A stretch of DNA of 38,772 nt from positions 1 through 38,772 of the forward strand of contig KZ538954.1 of NCBI GenBank assembly GCA_000934665.2, given 5' to 3'. Shown piece after piece: positions 23,442 through 36,172 of this stretch. A program made the position numbers and the translations under genes. The notes under the pieces were generated by a model. The model was not told the origin of the DNA. It saw only the letters and a list, made by a program, of their open reading frames with translations, and searched no databases. Origin of the DNA: Catajapyx aquilonaris. Its lineage: Eukaryota. How positions within the stretch are numbered: position 1 is the stretch's first letter; the number at the start of each line of letters is the position of its first letter.

Positions 23442-24678
23442 ATTACATATCCTGAAAGCCTAACGATTACAAAACACGATAACTTCATTCTCCGCGTACA
23501 AAATTCATAGCCTCCAGCTTGAATCTTGTCGCCTTTAATAAGCAGCAACCCCCCTACTTTTATATCCTCCCCCTTCAGCTCCCCAGATAAAAAAATATGT
23601 GGTATAAAAAATATGCACAGGATGTAGAAGGGTAGGACTATCTAATAATTCATACTCGAATGGCGACAATTATCCAATTATATTGTCGGGCCCATCTGAG
23701 CATTAATGTTGACGACTGTCAGGGAATGGCTGCACAGTTATTACAGTAACTCATGTTCTGATTTGTAAGATAACTTAAAATTCATATTGCCACGAATTTT
23801 ATTAAATAATTTGACAGAATGGTTCTTCAAGAATAATTGAGAAACATGATTGCAAGTCTTGTGGTCCGATGGGAAATTACTGCAGTGTCTGCGCGAATTC
23901 TACTGATGCTATATACCCACTGCGGACACATATTCTATTATTCTCTAGTCGTAGACGTGTCCCTGGCCGCTTCAAATGTGGGACAGAGTTAGAAGGCGGT
24001 TTGATTTGATTTGATTCTAATTTGATCAAAATTAAAATGAGCGTCGCTGGGCCCCTGTGGGATGTTCCTGCATCCCCCTCTCCACATATATGCAGAGTGT
24101 GCGCTGGAGTGTAAAATTTTTCGACCCAAAAAGTGAGTAGGGGAAAAAGTATTCAGTAGTTTGCGTGTATATGCTGAGGTAATGTCTAATTTGTACAGGT
24201 CTGAGTGCCTAAATGGGCTGAAAATGTGACGCGTACAGTCGTAATGCACTGTTCCAAAATGCGGCAGAGTGGTATGTACACAACATCGAATTTGCTTTTA
24301 CACTGTTAGTACTGCGCAATGTGAGCTAACTTATAATGCATATATATTTCAACTCACGTGATGTTCAGTCAGAAGAATAATGGCAAAGGGGGGGGAGACC
24401 AATTTCAACTATAATTTCAAGTCAAAATGACAGCCAATTTCATGTCCAAGACGCAAGTAGAATCTCAAATTTTTTTTATATAGATCATAATGACAAGGTA
24501 TAGATACGTTCAGATCGAATTTTTAGTGGAATTTGACGATCGTCGCTCATAATAACTTGCTGGTTATTCCACTTAGGTCGCCTAACGCGTAGGATTATAC
24601 GTATATCCTGCTCATGTGAAGTGAGCATCACGCCTCAGTTAAGATGGATTTTTCTGCATTGTATCAGCATTATACAGG

Positions 24679-24705
24679 TCCTCTTTTTTTCGTTTTCAGG
24701 TAAGT
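24679..24705 (+). other. Recursive splice site (ratchet point)-like motif: polypyrimidine tract-CAG|GTAAGT
   Basis: tcctctttttttcgttttcAG|GTAAGT: 18 of 19 pyrimidines, AG at 24698-24699, then a perfect donor hexamer at 24700-24705. Confidence 0.45.
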
Positions 24706-27700
24706 CACCTTCTTCAGTGGAGCAGCACAAGTCTCGGGCAGCAATTTTCTAAGTGGTCAGCCTCCATGGACGACCACATCCGCCGCAGGTTGAAACGCGA
24801 ATCCAATCGGAACCACCATTTCCTCTCGATTCTGCCTCTTAAGACATGGCTTCTTGAAGGGAAAAGGAACCAGCCTTGAGTTACTCCATTCCTTTGCGAT
24901 AATGTTCGACACAAGCCGATAGAGAGGATAATAGCCCCCCCCCCCNCCCCCCCCCCAATTTCCTGAAGTGTCCATGAAGTCGATACAATGTACTGGCAAT
25001 TAAACGTGTTTATGTGCACCATTGTAAAGGAAGTTATCAGCTTAATGTTGTGGTCGTTTTAATAGTAGGTATTATTTTCGTGTCCTTACTATAGCACAAT
25101 GCCCGGTTTGTGGGGCACTATGAAAAATAAATCGGGGTCTTAAAAGTATAGTAACTGAAACGTCCTTGAGTGTGTGTATCGAGCAGTATATAGGTTTTTC
25201 TGAAAAGGATCCCGTGCGGCCCGTACTATCTCCGTGATGAAATTTGCATAGATTGATGTCTGGATCTATTTTGGGGGTTTTAGTAGGTTCGATTGCCGGT
25301 CGTAGACAGCATAAAACATTCAATAAGTGAGTTAACGTAGAGTACTTTAGCTGCACTATACGTGCAGTAAAAGTCACGACATACTATTTCTAGGTTTCTA
25401 CGTCAGTCACATGGACTTCGCCTAATCATTTATTACAAGACTTCCCCCCCCCTCGAACCTTAGACTTTTCTGAAAAATTGATAAGTCGATCGGTCCTAGT
25501 GTAATCTGACAATAGTATTTTTTCTTATTTTTCCCCCCCTTTTCCTTCGGTGGAGGCCAGATATCTTAGCCTTAGCCTGATGGAAACTTCCAACGCCGGT
25601 ACATTTCCTCGGGTGGATTCCATCGACCATTTTTCTTCCTTCACCTTGTCACTTGTACAAATGGCCCGCAAGCTCCCTTCCACAAACCAAAACTTTGCTG
25701 CCAAGACAATTGGGTTATAAATTGCGAGGAATATCCCCTCGGCACCCCTGGTTTTATGGAATTTCAATACCTCTATTTACACCCATCCTATAGAAAAAAT
25801 AGGAAGAGAAAACGTCGCTACCTGGACCGGCTCCCATTATGTGTCGGTATAACCCACAGTTCACAGCAGGATTTAGATCCTTCACCCAGCTGGAAGTATC
25901 GGGTCGTAAGTCACTACATCACTGTCGCCATCTCTTAATTATGAGTAAAATCGCTGCAAACTACTCCTGCCATCTATGAAAGTCCCATACAATACTCCAG
26001 AAGCACCCAAAACTAGGGAGGGGGAAAAAGTACTGAATAATTCAACGTGCATTGCACACATACATGTCCCCCCATATTTAATTTCGCGTGCAAATATAAT
26101 ATTAATGAAGACCTAGTCACGAGATGATACGGGATGCGAGACTCGGGCATTTGATATTTGAAAGGGCTAATTACCGGTAAATGAGAAGGGCATGCATGAA
26201 TAAATAGATGGGTTCTGGGGGGTGGAGGGGTCATATCTAAACAAGCCTGAGGGTTGAAATTAGATTTGTAGCCCATCCCTGGAGATGTGTGGACAAGCCA
26301 TGTCGGGTAGTACTATAGTGTCGCGACACATATTTTCTCTAAATAATACAAGCAATAAATCCTGGATTAATGCTGTAATACTAACAATAAAAAAGGAAGT
26401 ATGTACCTAAAGAGTCTATTGACCTCTGGAGTGTAATAATAACGTTTAATTCCGCGTGGTATTTCCTCGAAATCGGCTACTTTGGTACTTAATGAAACAT
26501 CCGGATCGTTCAACTTCAAGGACGCAAAAAAAAGTGCGTAACAAAAACTTGCACCCAGTTCACGTTTCTTCTTCTTTTTTTTTTCATCATTCCTTCCCAC
26601 GAATAAGCGAAAGGTAGAAAATATACCCCGTGGCATTTCAGACTCCCACTGTCATTAGCTACACTTATAGGTCCATATCACGCCCCTGTAACCTCCTTAT
26701 ATATTTTTTTCTTCTTCTTAAGACTGAACCGCTATATATCCTGCAGGGAAAGTTTTCCAAGGGGTCTTCCCTTTGCTACTTGGGAAACCGCCATCATTTG
26801 TCTGGTAAAACTGGTTGCTCCCAGACAAGCGGTATACTTCTGATACACGTCTAGACACACGACGCATGTTAATCAGAATCAAGAAAATATTCAGGCCCCT
26901 AATCCAGGATATAGATTTCGCCAAACTAATAATGTCAATCTAATAAAATTGTCCGTTGTTCGCCTTAGTAAATTTAACTATTGCTGAATTAACTTGCGCT
27001 AAAACCTTGATTATGAATTCAGGTGGTATCATTGGTCTCTGACACGAGGATGGGGTAAGAAATAGTTATGTGCAGAGAGAGGGGGTGTGCGAGAGAGAGA
27101 AAATTGCGGTAATAAATCCTGGGCAGAGCTCTTAATTTTGGCAAAAGGCTAAAAGACAGCGTAAATCAACCAGTCTTTACTCCGCCGTCTCTCGCAAAAA
27201 TAATTACACGAGTCGCAAACTGACTCTCGCTAACATTACCCTCTTATCTCGTAGCTTCTCCCTCGAAATTGACTCATAGCCAGAAACCGCCACTTCTTTA
27301 AAGGAACATTGCTGGGTTGTAAGACATTTCAAGCAAGTTGTTTAAAGATCTGACACACAAAAGGATTATAATATAATATTTGCAGGAGTTTGCTCTTAGA
27401 GTAATTACATTTTTTACATGTAGCAGTAGGAGAGAAACAGTGGCCTTAAATTGGACCCTGGACAAAAATCAGTATCAGGAACTAAAATCAATTTTGATCA
27501 ACTCTAATCGTTCTGCACCTTCATTTTGATCCTGGGGTACACGTGCCATATAATTTTTTGAACTTCAAGAAATCGGAGAATCAAAATTAATAATGCATCC
27601 TCTAATGTTGTTAGGGTGCCATGACTACCGGCATATTAATGGAAAATTAGGAAAAATCCTTATTATTCACAGGCGGTAATGAGCAAGGGAGGGTTGGGGG

Positions 27701-30654
27701 AATTAAAGCGAGAGGAAGGGGAAAAAGCCGTTTAAAAAGTTCCAAGTTTTTGATCTGACAGCTAATTTAGTCTCCAAGATGGTGGTGGTGGTGGGAGGAG
27801 GAGGAGGAGGGGAAGAAGTAATCAAAGTGTGGAAAGGTGCTTGCATCGGGAGTTATCGAGTTCTTTGAGAAAGAAAAACGAGACTAATTTCTAGACTCGT
27901 GATTAAAGGACGGTACTAAACATAGCAATACAACATATCTAGCTAATATCAGCTCGGATTAGAAACTTTTTACGACCTAATAATGAACGCTAAGTTACGA
28001 CCTGGTTTTCATCACTTTTGAGGCTAATCTACAGGTAGAGTTAAGCAGCAACAATTTCATCCAGAAAGTATTTTGAATATTTTCACATTTGGCCCAATTT
28101 TAAAATTTGGCCAAAGTTGACACTTCACACCCACACAAAAAAATTCCTCCAGCATTTCCTCCACACATTTGAAAACAATTTCCAGATATGCTGCTGACAT
28201 GCCCCAGGTGCACCCTCTTTTTTTTCTTGAATAGAAAAACCAGCATCTTTTCCTTGCCATCTTTTGGATTGAAGAAGGTGGATCCCCAAGCGGCTTCTGC
28301 TTTTTCTCCCTGCAGGCACACACAATATTCTGTCCCAAAATCAATATGATGGATGCAAGAGGAAGAAGAGGGTGGGCTATACCACTTTATGGCGCCAAGT
28401 CCCTCAGGTCACCTTGAAGCGATGATTGAAAACCTCTCCTCCCCCCAAAAAATTTTTTTGGGGGGAAGAAAAGAAGGCTGTCTGTCTCTCTTCTGCTTCA
28501 TTCTGGTCCCTTCCTGGGGATAGGCCACATTTTATGGAAGGCAGCGGGGAAGATCAGAAGATTCCCAAGTTCCTATTACTGCCTAGGCACCTACCTCTCG
28601 GGGATTTTTTTTTTTCGTGTCTTCAGAAGAAGTACGATCGAATCCCACCGAGTCTTGCTTTTTTATGGCGAATCCTGACTCAAGATTGGCCAATTGTGAA
28701 AAAAAAATTGAAGGTAGTGGGTTGAAAGGTGACAAGAAAAATGCGGACTCTTTGACCCCCCAGTGGCGATAGATTTTTTGGCGGGTTGGGCTACCGAGTG
28801 GGTGGGAGTTTTTCTCTTTTTTTCGCAAAAGGGCTTTTTTGGCTCAGAAATTGCGCTGGCATAATAGGGGGAGTGTGGCGGAAATCAAATTCCGGGATCG
28901 CAATTTTTGCATGCATGCAATGGCTTAATTCTGGAGTAACGAGGTGAATAAAACATGGCGTGGTTACTCCGATGGGGGCTAAAAAAAGAATTGACGTCAC
29001 ACTTTCATTAACACATTATTATTCATTATTATGTGTAAGAGCACATCATGTACTCGTATGTACAAGAAATAACAACAATAACCTGTGATTATTACCATGA
29101 TATTACCATTAAGTAACAGGATAAGATTGTTAAAAACATTTTCTCGACAAATAATATGTAAGTGAAGTATTTTTTAAACCATGAAAAAAGGTGAAGTGTG
29201 AGCTTGAGTTAATATCCAAATAATCCAAATAATCCAAAAATAATTTAACACCGGCAATGAATAAATTTCAAATAATTTATTACGAAATTCATAATATCTG
29301 AATCTCTCAAATAATTTGCAAATAATAATTTTGCAACCTTTTTTTGATGTTTTGGCCATGCAACAGCATATATTGGTCATTAAGCAATCAGGAAATTTTA
29401 TAATCTGATCACGTCAGACGTAAATCATTCCTCAATTTTGTAAGGAATAATTATTCTAAATATTTCCCCATTTAAATATCAGTCACACGTTTCCTCTAGC
29501 ATTTAACGACTTTATGTATATAAAAACCATAATCTCCAAAACCTTTAAGGTTAATTATACAGCCAGTAAGTATACGCATCCCTCAGACAATGAGCCTTCG
29601 TGTTAAAACCAGGCCCTTATCAGTGTGGCCATTTAAGAATCCACGCAATTTCGCAATTACGCAATTCAATTACACATCCCCCCAAGATAAAACGAGGAGG
29701 CCTGTAAAGATGGCTCTCCAGATGAATCAACAATGACTTTAAGGAATTCAAAAGGCAAGGATTACGCATTCCCTTTGCCTTATGAATAATTCAAATTCTC
29801 GCCGGAGTAAACAGGAGTCGTCTTATTTGTCACGGAATTGCCATTACAAAGGAAAATTAGTTACGCTTAAACAGCATTAGCAACATGCACGCAATTTTGG
29901 CTCAAAAACGTGTAACCTGCAGGCCTTCGGACTGATTACCTCAAGTTTTCTTCTTCTTTTTCTTTCTTCGTAAGAGGAACGAAACCTGCTGCAAAACGAG
30001 CAGGTGCAGACATCATTATCTGGGCCACGTTTCTACACGCAATGCCAAGAAGAGGAACTAGCGAGTGCAACAAACATGATCCTATTAAGAACGCAAGCCG
30101 GGTAATTACATACAATTTAATTTTTTCCCCCCCTTTAAAAATTTTTATGGTCGCGTCTTTTAGTGTAAGGAAGCCACCCTTCAAATATTTCCAGCTGTGT
30201 TTGGTATTTCAAACTTCCCCAGATATTGAATGGCCTTAGCCTTGATCCGTATACCCTACAACTCGAGCTCTATCCACAAAAGAATGGGGGCTCGAAAGAA
30301 GAAAAAAAAAAACTTTTCTATAGCAAAAAGGGAGGGCTCGAGCTCTCTCTCAATTGGCCAAAAAGACTGACACGATGATTACAAGATTGGGAAGATCTCT
30401 GTTGGGACCTGAGGGGAAATGTAATATACGACGAGCATTGTGTAGCTCCATACAAAAAGAAAATAAAAAAAGCTTGTGAAAAGATCCGGATCACCTGTCA
30501 GGTATAAGATGCACGCGACATGGACAGCTGTACTCGCATCTGCTACCTACTAACAGTACGTGCACACATGTTGGGTCTTGAAGCAGTATTTTGTGAAACT
30601 ATCAACAATTACACATACCGTTTTTTGAAATATTTAGAAATATCCAGACATACT

Positions 30655-30947
30655 GAGGAATATCGATAATGTCGAGAAACACCCACTACAATCGATAATA
30701 TCGACTCTTTCTGGAATATCGATAATATCGAAAACATTCAAGAATATCGATAATATCGAGAAACACCCATAAATATCGATAACATTAAAACCACTCAGGA
30801 ATATCGATAATGTCGAGAGATATCCAAAATTATTGATAATATCGAGACATGCAGCAACATCGATAATATCGAGAAACACCCATAAATATCGATAACATTT
30901 AAAACACTGAGGAATATCGATAATATAAAGATATATCGATATATCGA
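30655..30947. repeat. Minisatellite with ~28-bp period built on the palindrome TATCGATA
   Basis: Perfect TATCGATA at 30661, 30717, 30745, 30774, 30802, 30887, 30915 and 30934; one-mismatch copies at 30690, 30831 and 30858. A higher-order repeat of 113 bp (gagaaacacccataaatatcgataacatt) starts at 30758 and 30871. Confidence 0.9.
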
Positions 30948-31125
30948 CCGATTATGCGCCAAATTCTCAAAATTTCCGGATTATTTTCGCCATACTGCAT
31001 GATATTAAGCACATATCCCCATGTGATATGGAAATCCGGGCCCCTTTACTGTGGAGCAACCCTGCCTGAAATTATTGATAAGTATGCACATGCACAACAA
31101 AGGGCTTTTCCATCCGATGCAGCCA

Positions 31126-31128
<3 letters not shown>

Positions 31129-31162
<34 letters not shown>
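31129..31162. repeat. (CT)17 microsatellite
   Basis: Perfect dinucleotide run. Confidence 0.97.
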
Positions 31163-31165
<3 letters not shown>

Positions 31166-32728
31166 CTCCTAGTCCGTACCTTGCTTCCCTCCCACACCAA
31201 ATAGGCAATTAAAGCTCAAAGCGGTTTCCAACTAGGGCCTTTTGTTGGAGTGCACTAATTCGGCGCCACCCAGTTGGGAGGATAGAAAAGCCAGGGCTCC
31301 AGCACAGGGCCTTAAGAGGAGGACAACTATATATGCTCCGGACATGACCCTTTCTGGATGCTGACACTTCCGGAGACCCTCGGGACAAAACTGGCTAAAT
31401 CCGCCATTAATATGCCAAAATATTTAGCCAAAAAATTGTGACGAATTTTATCAACAGAAAGCAGAAAAATAATGCAGAGGAGTCAAATTTACGCAGATTA
31501 CTCATAATGGAGCACGCATGTATCATTATGCTCATTAATGTTTCAGAAATCGTGGCAGTCACACGCAAAGTGTTTCTCTTTAAGTAAAACTGGAAAAAAG
31601 CCGGACATTCACCTTATACTGTATGACACTTAACCCACAACATTACTTTTTCAACATTGTCATGCACCAGCCGCCATGTTTTTGCTCCCAGCACACAGTG
31701 CATGTAATCCTAATTTAAAATGCCGCATCATACAGTCAACGTCCATCCCCCCGAAAAAAAAACGGGACACAAAAAGTGTCTCCCTAAAGGGCCCAAAAAA
31801 TGTCCGGATCAAAATCGTAGGCCTCAACTTTTCGGACGCCCCAACAAAAGTTCAGCCCATTTTATTTAAACAAAAACCGGAGATTGAACTACGCGGCTAA
31901 AGGATCAGTCTAACAGCAACATTACCAATGATGAAAGTTACTCTATTACTACGATATGATCATCAAACTTTTTTTTTCTGAATCCAAAATGTTTACAAAC
32001 TTCTTTTTTTTAAACCTGAAGTCCAGCAAGAAGAGTCCCCACGTAATCCTAATCTTGGTGGCTATAAAGACGTTATCCGTCCCACCTTTTTTTTTCCTCC
32101 TCGCACTGGACCCCGTGTCAAAAGCCTATCGAAAGCCAAAGTTTGCTCGTTCTCCAAAAATGGCCTGGTCCTCTTTTTTTTTTTTCGAGGACGGTTTTGG
32201 ACGAAAGTACTCGGTTGGTACGTTAGTCGGACGCGCTCGTTTCCAGGAGTTAAATGGGGTCCTCAAAGTAAGGCAGCGAATGGAGGCAAACGGTGCCTGC
32301 AAACGCTAACCAGAGATGGACGAGGGCTTCTACTTTTTTTTCCCCCCCTACCTCTAGTGGGCTCAAAAGCACATCGGTCCCAAAAGAGAGGACTTTCTCA
32401 GGGTGCAATCCACTTTTTTTTTTTCCTGCTGGCTACCCTGTCACTCAGGGAGGCCGATTGGTAACCCTTGTCACGTGTGGGCGTGATCCAGCCACATTTC
32501 ACATAGGACAGCTTCTCGGACTGTAAGGAATCGCCAATTTGTCAGGTACAAAATGTTGGATTACAGCCAGGTTCGAAATTATGGATCTCGCACCTTTGAT
32601 GCTCAGGAGTAATCGAATGGTCTGGATATGAAATTGACATTATGAGTAATTACACCTGCTCATTTAAAAAATTCCCCCTATAATAATAGCCTTATTTTGT
32701 TGCCTCTGGAACGCTTCGGAAGGAGAAC

Positions 32729-32830
32729 GGTCCCTGATGAGTGCTGCCACCTTCTGATCGCGGCAGAAAGATGGAAGGGCCCCTGGTGAGTGCTGCCACC
32801 TTCTGATCACGGCACTAAATCATCAGGCCT
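32729..32830 (+). ncRNA. Tandem pair of degenerate type I hammerhead-ribozyme-like motifs (49-bp period), probably inactive
   Basis: 34-bp direct repeat at 32732-32765 and 32781-32814 (2 mismatches). Copy 1: GGTCC-CTGATGA-G-TGCTGC..GCGGCA-GAAA-gatggaa-GGGCC. Copy 2: GGGCCC-CTGGTGA-GTGCTG..CGGCAC-TAAA-tca-TC-AGGCCT. Stems I and II can pair in both copies, but each carries core defects. Confidence 0.45.
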
Positions 32831-35744
32831 TGCCAAATTTTGGCTATACGGGTGCGCTAGTAAGCTAACATAACAACATAATTGTACAATAAAGTACGCT
32901 AATGATATTCACAATTTGACCCAAAAAAATCCGGCTTGTTTACTATTGTGTTTGGCGGCACCTGTGTCTGTGAGGCGTTCAAAAAAATTGCATTATAATA
33001 ATTAAACACATGTACGGTGTATTCATGTGATGAATTATGCTGTTTGTATGACCTAGCCTCCAGCAAATTCACAGCAGGTAGCTAAAACTCACCATGCAAA
33101 AATATATTTCTTACACTAAAAACCCTTGCGGCAATACACATGTCCCACACACACGCCATTGTATAGCCTACACATCAATAACAAAAATTAAGCCAGAAAA
33201 AACAGCAAGCTGCTAAAAATATAATTACAAAACCTCCCATCATGAAGGAGACACCGCATAATATTCCAACCCTCTCATTACACATTCAGTGCAAATAATA
33301 CACTAATGAAAAGGGGGGGGGGGGATTCTAATTGGAACTTTCATGCGTAAGATTGTCGGCATGAATATTTTACACAAAAGAACCAAAAAAAAAAAATCTT
33401 GCATTCAAGCTGAAGAAAGGGTCTCCTGAGCACGAGCTGCCTTTCTTTTGTTAAGAACAAAAAAGTACATAACACTTCAAAAAAAAAAAAAAAAAAAACA
33501 GGACCGCATCACCTCTCTTGTTAGCAACTTATATGCTGAATGGCCAGAAAAATAAAATCGAATAACACTTTTTTTTCTGAACTAAAAAAAAAAGTGCAAC
33601 GTTTTCACTTTATTGCAGTCTACACAAGCAAAATAAACTGACTGTTCTGCACGCATGTGGATTGTGGAATCCTATAAATGTCTTCTGGGGGGAGGAATTC
33701 CCTTTAGTAATTTATGAACATATTCGCGCAGCAGATTTTCCAAGGGTATTTTTTTTTTTGCGAGGATAATACTTTCCTTTCAAATCCAGAAAATTGTGTG
33801 AGCGTTGCCGTCAGCCAAAATATTTATTTGAGCTGTCGTTTTTCAAAGTGGAACCATTTTTGCATTTCAGATTGCGTGTAATCCGTTCTCTTTCTTTAAT
33901 GCGCTTCAAACAGTAGACATCTTAATCCCGCATTTAATGGAACGGGTAATCCCCGGGTTTTTTTTCCAGAAAATAATATGTCGTTGCACATTTTGAAATA
34001 TCAAAGTGTCTGATACCTGATAATGGGACTTAATTTGCGCAGCAAGCGAGTGAAAGGCAAAGAAAAGGCTGTGAGAAGTTTTCAGCAAAAGTTTGAAGGA
34101 TCTGCGCCCGGAAATTGCAGACGGAAAAAAATCCGGGTAGTGAAGTACGATCCACTTCAAACTTACCGAAAAACCAGCCGCAAAATAAAAAAATAAAGTG
34201 AAAAAGGCAAGTTCGGTTTGCAAAAAAAAAGGAAACTTGAGGTTAACTTTTTGGTTGCGCCTTTCATCATAAAAAGGAAGTCTAAAAAAGTATGCTTGAA
34301 AGCTGGAATGTGTAGTATTGGTTCGCAAATAAAATGTCGGCAAGTATCCTCTTTTTTCGGGAGCAAACTGGAATAGGAAGATTGCCAAGACGGCCGACTA
34401 TCGTTGCTATAAATCGTATACATTCGAATCAGTTTACGGTCGGTTCTTTTGTCCGATTTCAAGTTCCGCAAGATTATTCGCTATTCTACATATACCAAGG
34501 AGTTGCTCGAATTTTAAATGAAGTCTAGTTGCATAATAGATTCATTTCCCTGTACTGTAAAACTGTAGTGAACGTACTCACTCCAATATTGATAACAGTT
34601 ACACACTCCATTCAGCATATCCCGAATAATGTCAACCATTTTATTTTTGTATGAACTCCACTTGTTACGAACTGCACACAACGCACCGGTACAATAAATC
34701 CCACAGCCATGCAATATATATCAGCAAACGCAAACAAGCCCGAAGGATAAACTGCAAACTAAACCTGCCAAAAAAAAGCTAGCCCTGCAGGTATGCAACC
34801 CATTGTGCTCTTATTGAATTCAATTTTTTTTGTACTAACTGCATGGTTGCACTCTTCACATGTTAGGCAGGTGAAAGGACTCAAGGTAAGCAGCTTTTTT
34901 ATATATGACATCCCCTAGAGATGAGCAGCTTCAACCAGAAAATAACGGTTAGAATTTTTTCAAACAAAATATTTTGAGAACCATAACAAATGGGCGGCTA
35001 TTAAACAATTCAAATCCGTGCGTTTTGGGCTATCATCCGGCTCATTTGCATTTTGTTTACCGACCGGTACTAAATGTTCAAAACGCGACCGGTTGCCATT
35101 GAATCCCGTAATATAATAATCATTAAATCCGATCCCAGCTCGCCTCAAAAGCCTCGTTCTAATCAGGCCCGATTACACTAAAAATCCCTCCACCCTACCC
35201 TCTCTCCGGCAATTAAAAGGTGTAAAAGTTGATTTTCGCCCAATTGTGTCGGGGGGGTAAAACCAAATTCTGACCATATTATATCACTGTTGGAAATATA
35301 CACACACATATGCAATGGACCCTGTGTAAGAATCGATTACATGCGCGGTCTGGAAAAGGTTACTGCACACTTTTTTCTCCTATATTTACTTCCCAGGGGT
35401 CGAGCCAGGTAAACACATTCCTCTGGTCCTGGAAAAAAAAATCCCTCTTCGATAACTAGTTCCAGCCTGGGTCGGACTTTCGATTTCACACTCAATTATT
35501 TATGTTCATCCTGCAAATTACCAGGAGCCTTTGTGATTGAAGTTTTCCAGTTCAATAAACTCCTTTACTGGCTTATATTAACCCACACATGCCTAGCGTC
35601 CTCTACAATTGTATAAATAATATTAAAATCGCATGTACTGTATATTGTGTTAGTCCTTCATTAAAATAAACAAACAAATTATTCAGGCATATCCCAATCA
35701 AATTTTTTTCGTAGAGCTGAAATGACCTCAATCAAAAAATAACA

Positions 35745-36172
35745 ATTTATTCATTTATTTATTTGCATTATTATGCGAATAATTTGAGTTTATATTTACT
35801 TAATAACTCATTCGTTTATTCGCTCATTAATTCATTTTACTTTCCTTACATACTTGAAATTATTTATTTTAATTGATTAATTCATTTCAATTTGCATATT
35901 GTTTATTGATTTATTCATTTGAATTCATTAATTCATTTTAATTCGTTTGATTATTTACTTGATTGTTTGTTTATTTATTTGAATTCATTAATTCATTTTA
36001 ATTCGTTTGATTACTTACTTGATTGTTTATTTATTTAAATTCATTAATTGTGTTTGTATGTTTGTATGTTTATTTTTTCGTTAGTTTGAATTTATTTATT
36101 TACTTTAATTAATTAATTTTAATTAATTGATTTATTTATTTATTTATTTATTTATTTATTTTAATTTATTTA
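35745..36172. repeat. AT-rich low-complexity tract (TTTA/TTCA units) with a 60-bp tandem duplication and a (TTTA)n run
   Basis: GAATTCATTAATTCATTTTAATTCGTTTGATTA at 35921 and 35981, a partial third copy near 36037, and (TTTA)n at about 36130-36160. Confidence 0.9.

Noticed and set aside
24690..24720. Minus-strand CTGAAGA-AGGT-gactt-ACCT-GAAA as a hammerhead core
   Set aside because: Both boxes and stem II are present, but I found no UH site with compatible stems I and III on either side. The plus-strand splice motif explains the sequence better.
30655..30947. CRISPR-like repeat-spacer appearance (also 10015-10275 and 19384-19603)
   Set aside because: Linkers are short and related to each other, repeats are degenerate, there are no cas genes and the context is a eukaryotic intron.
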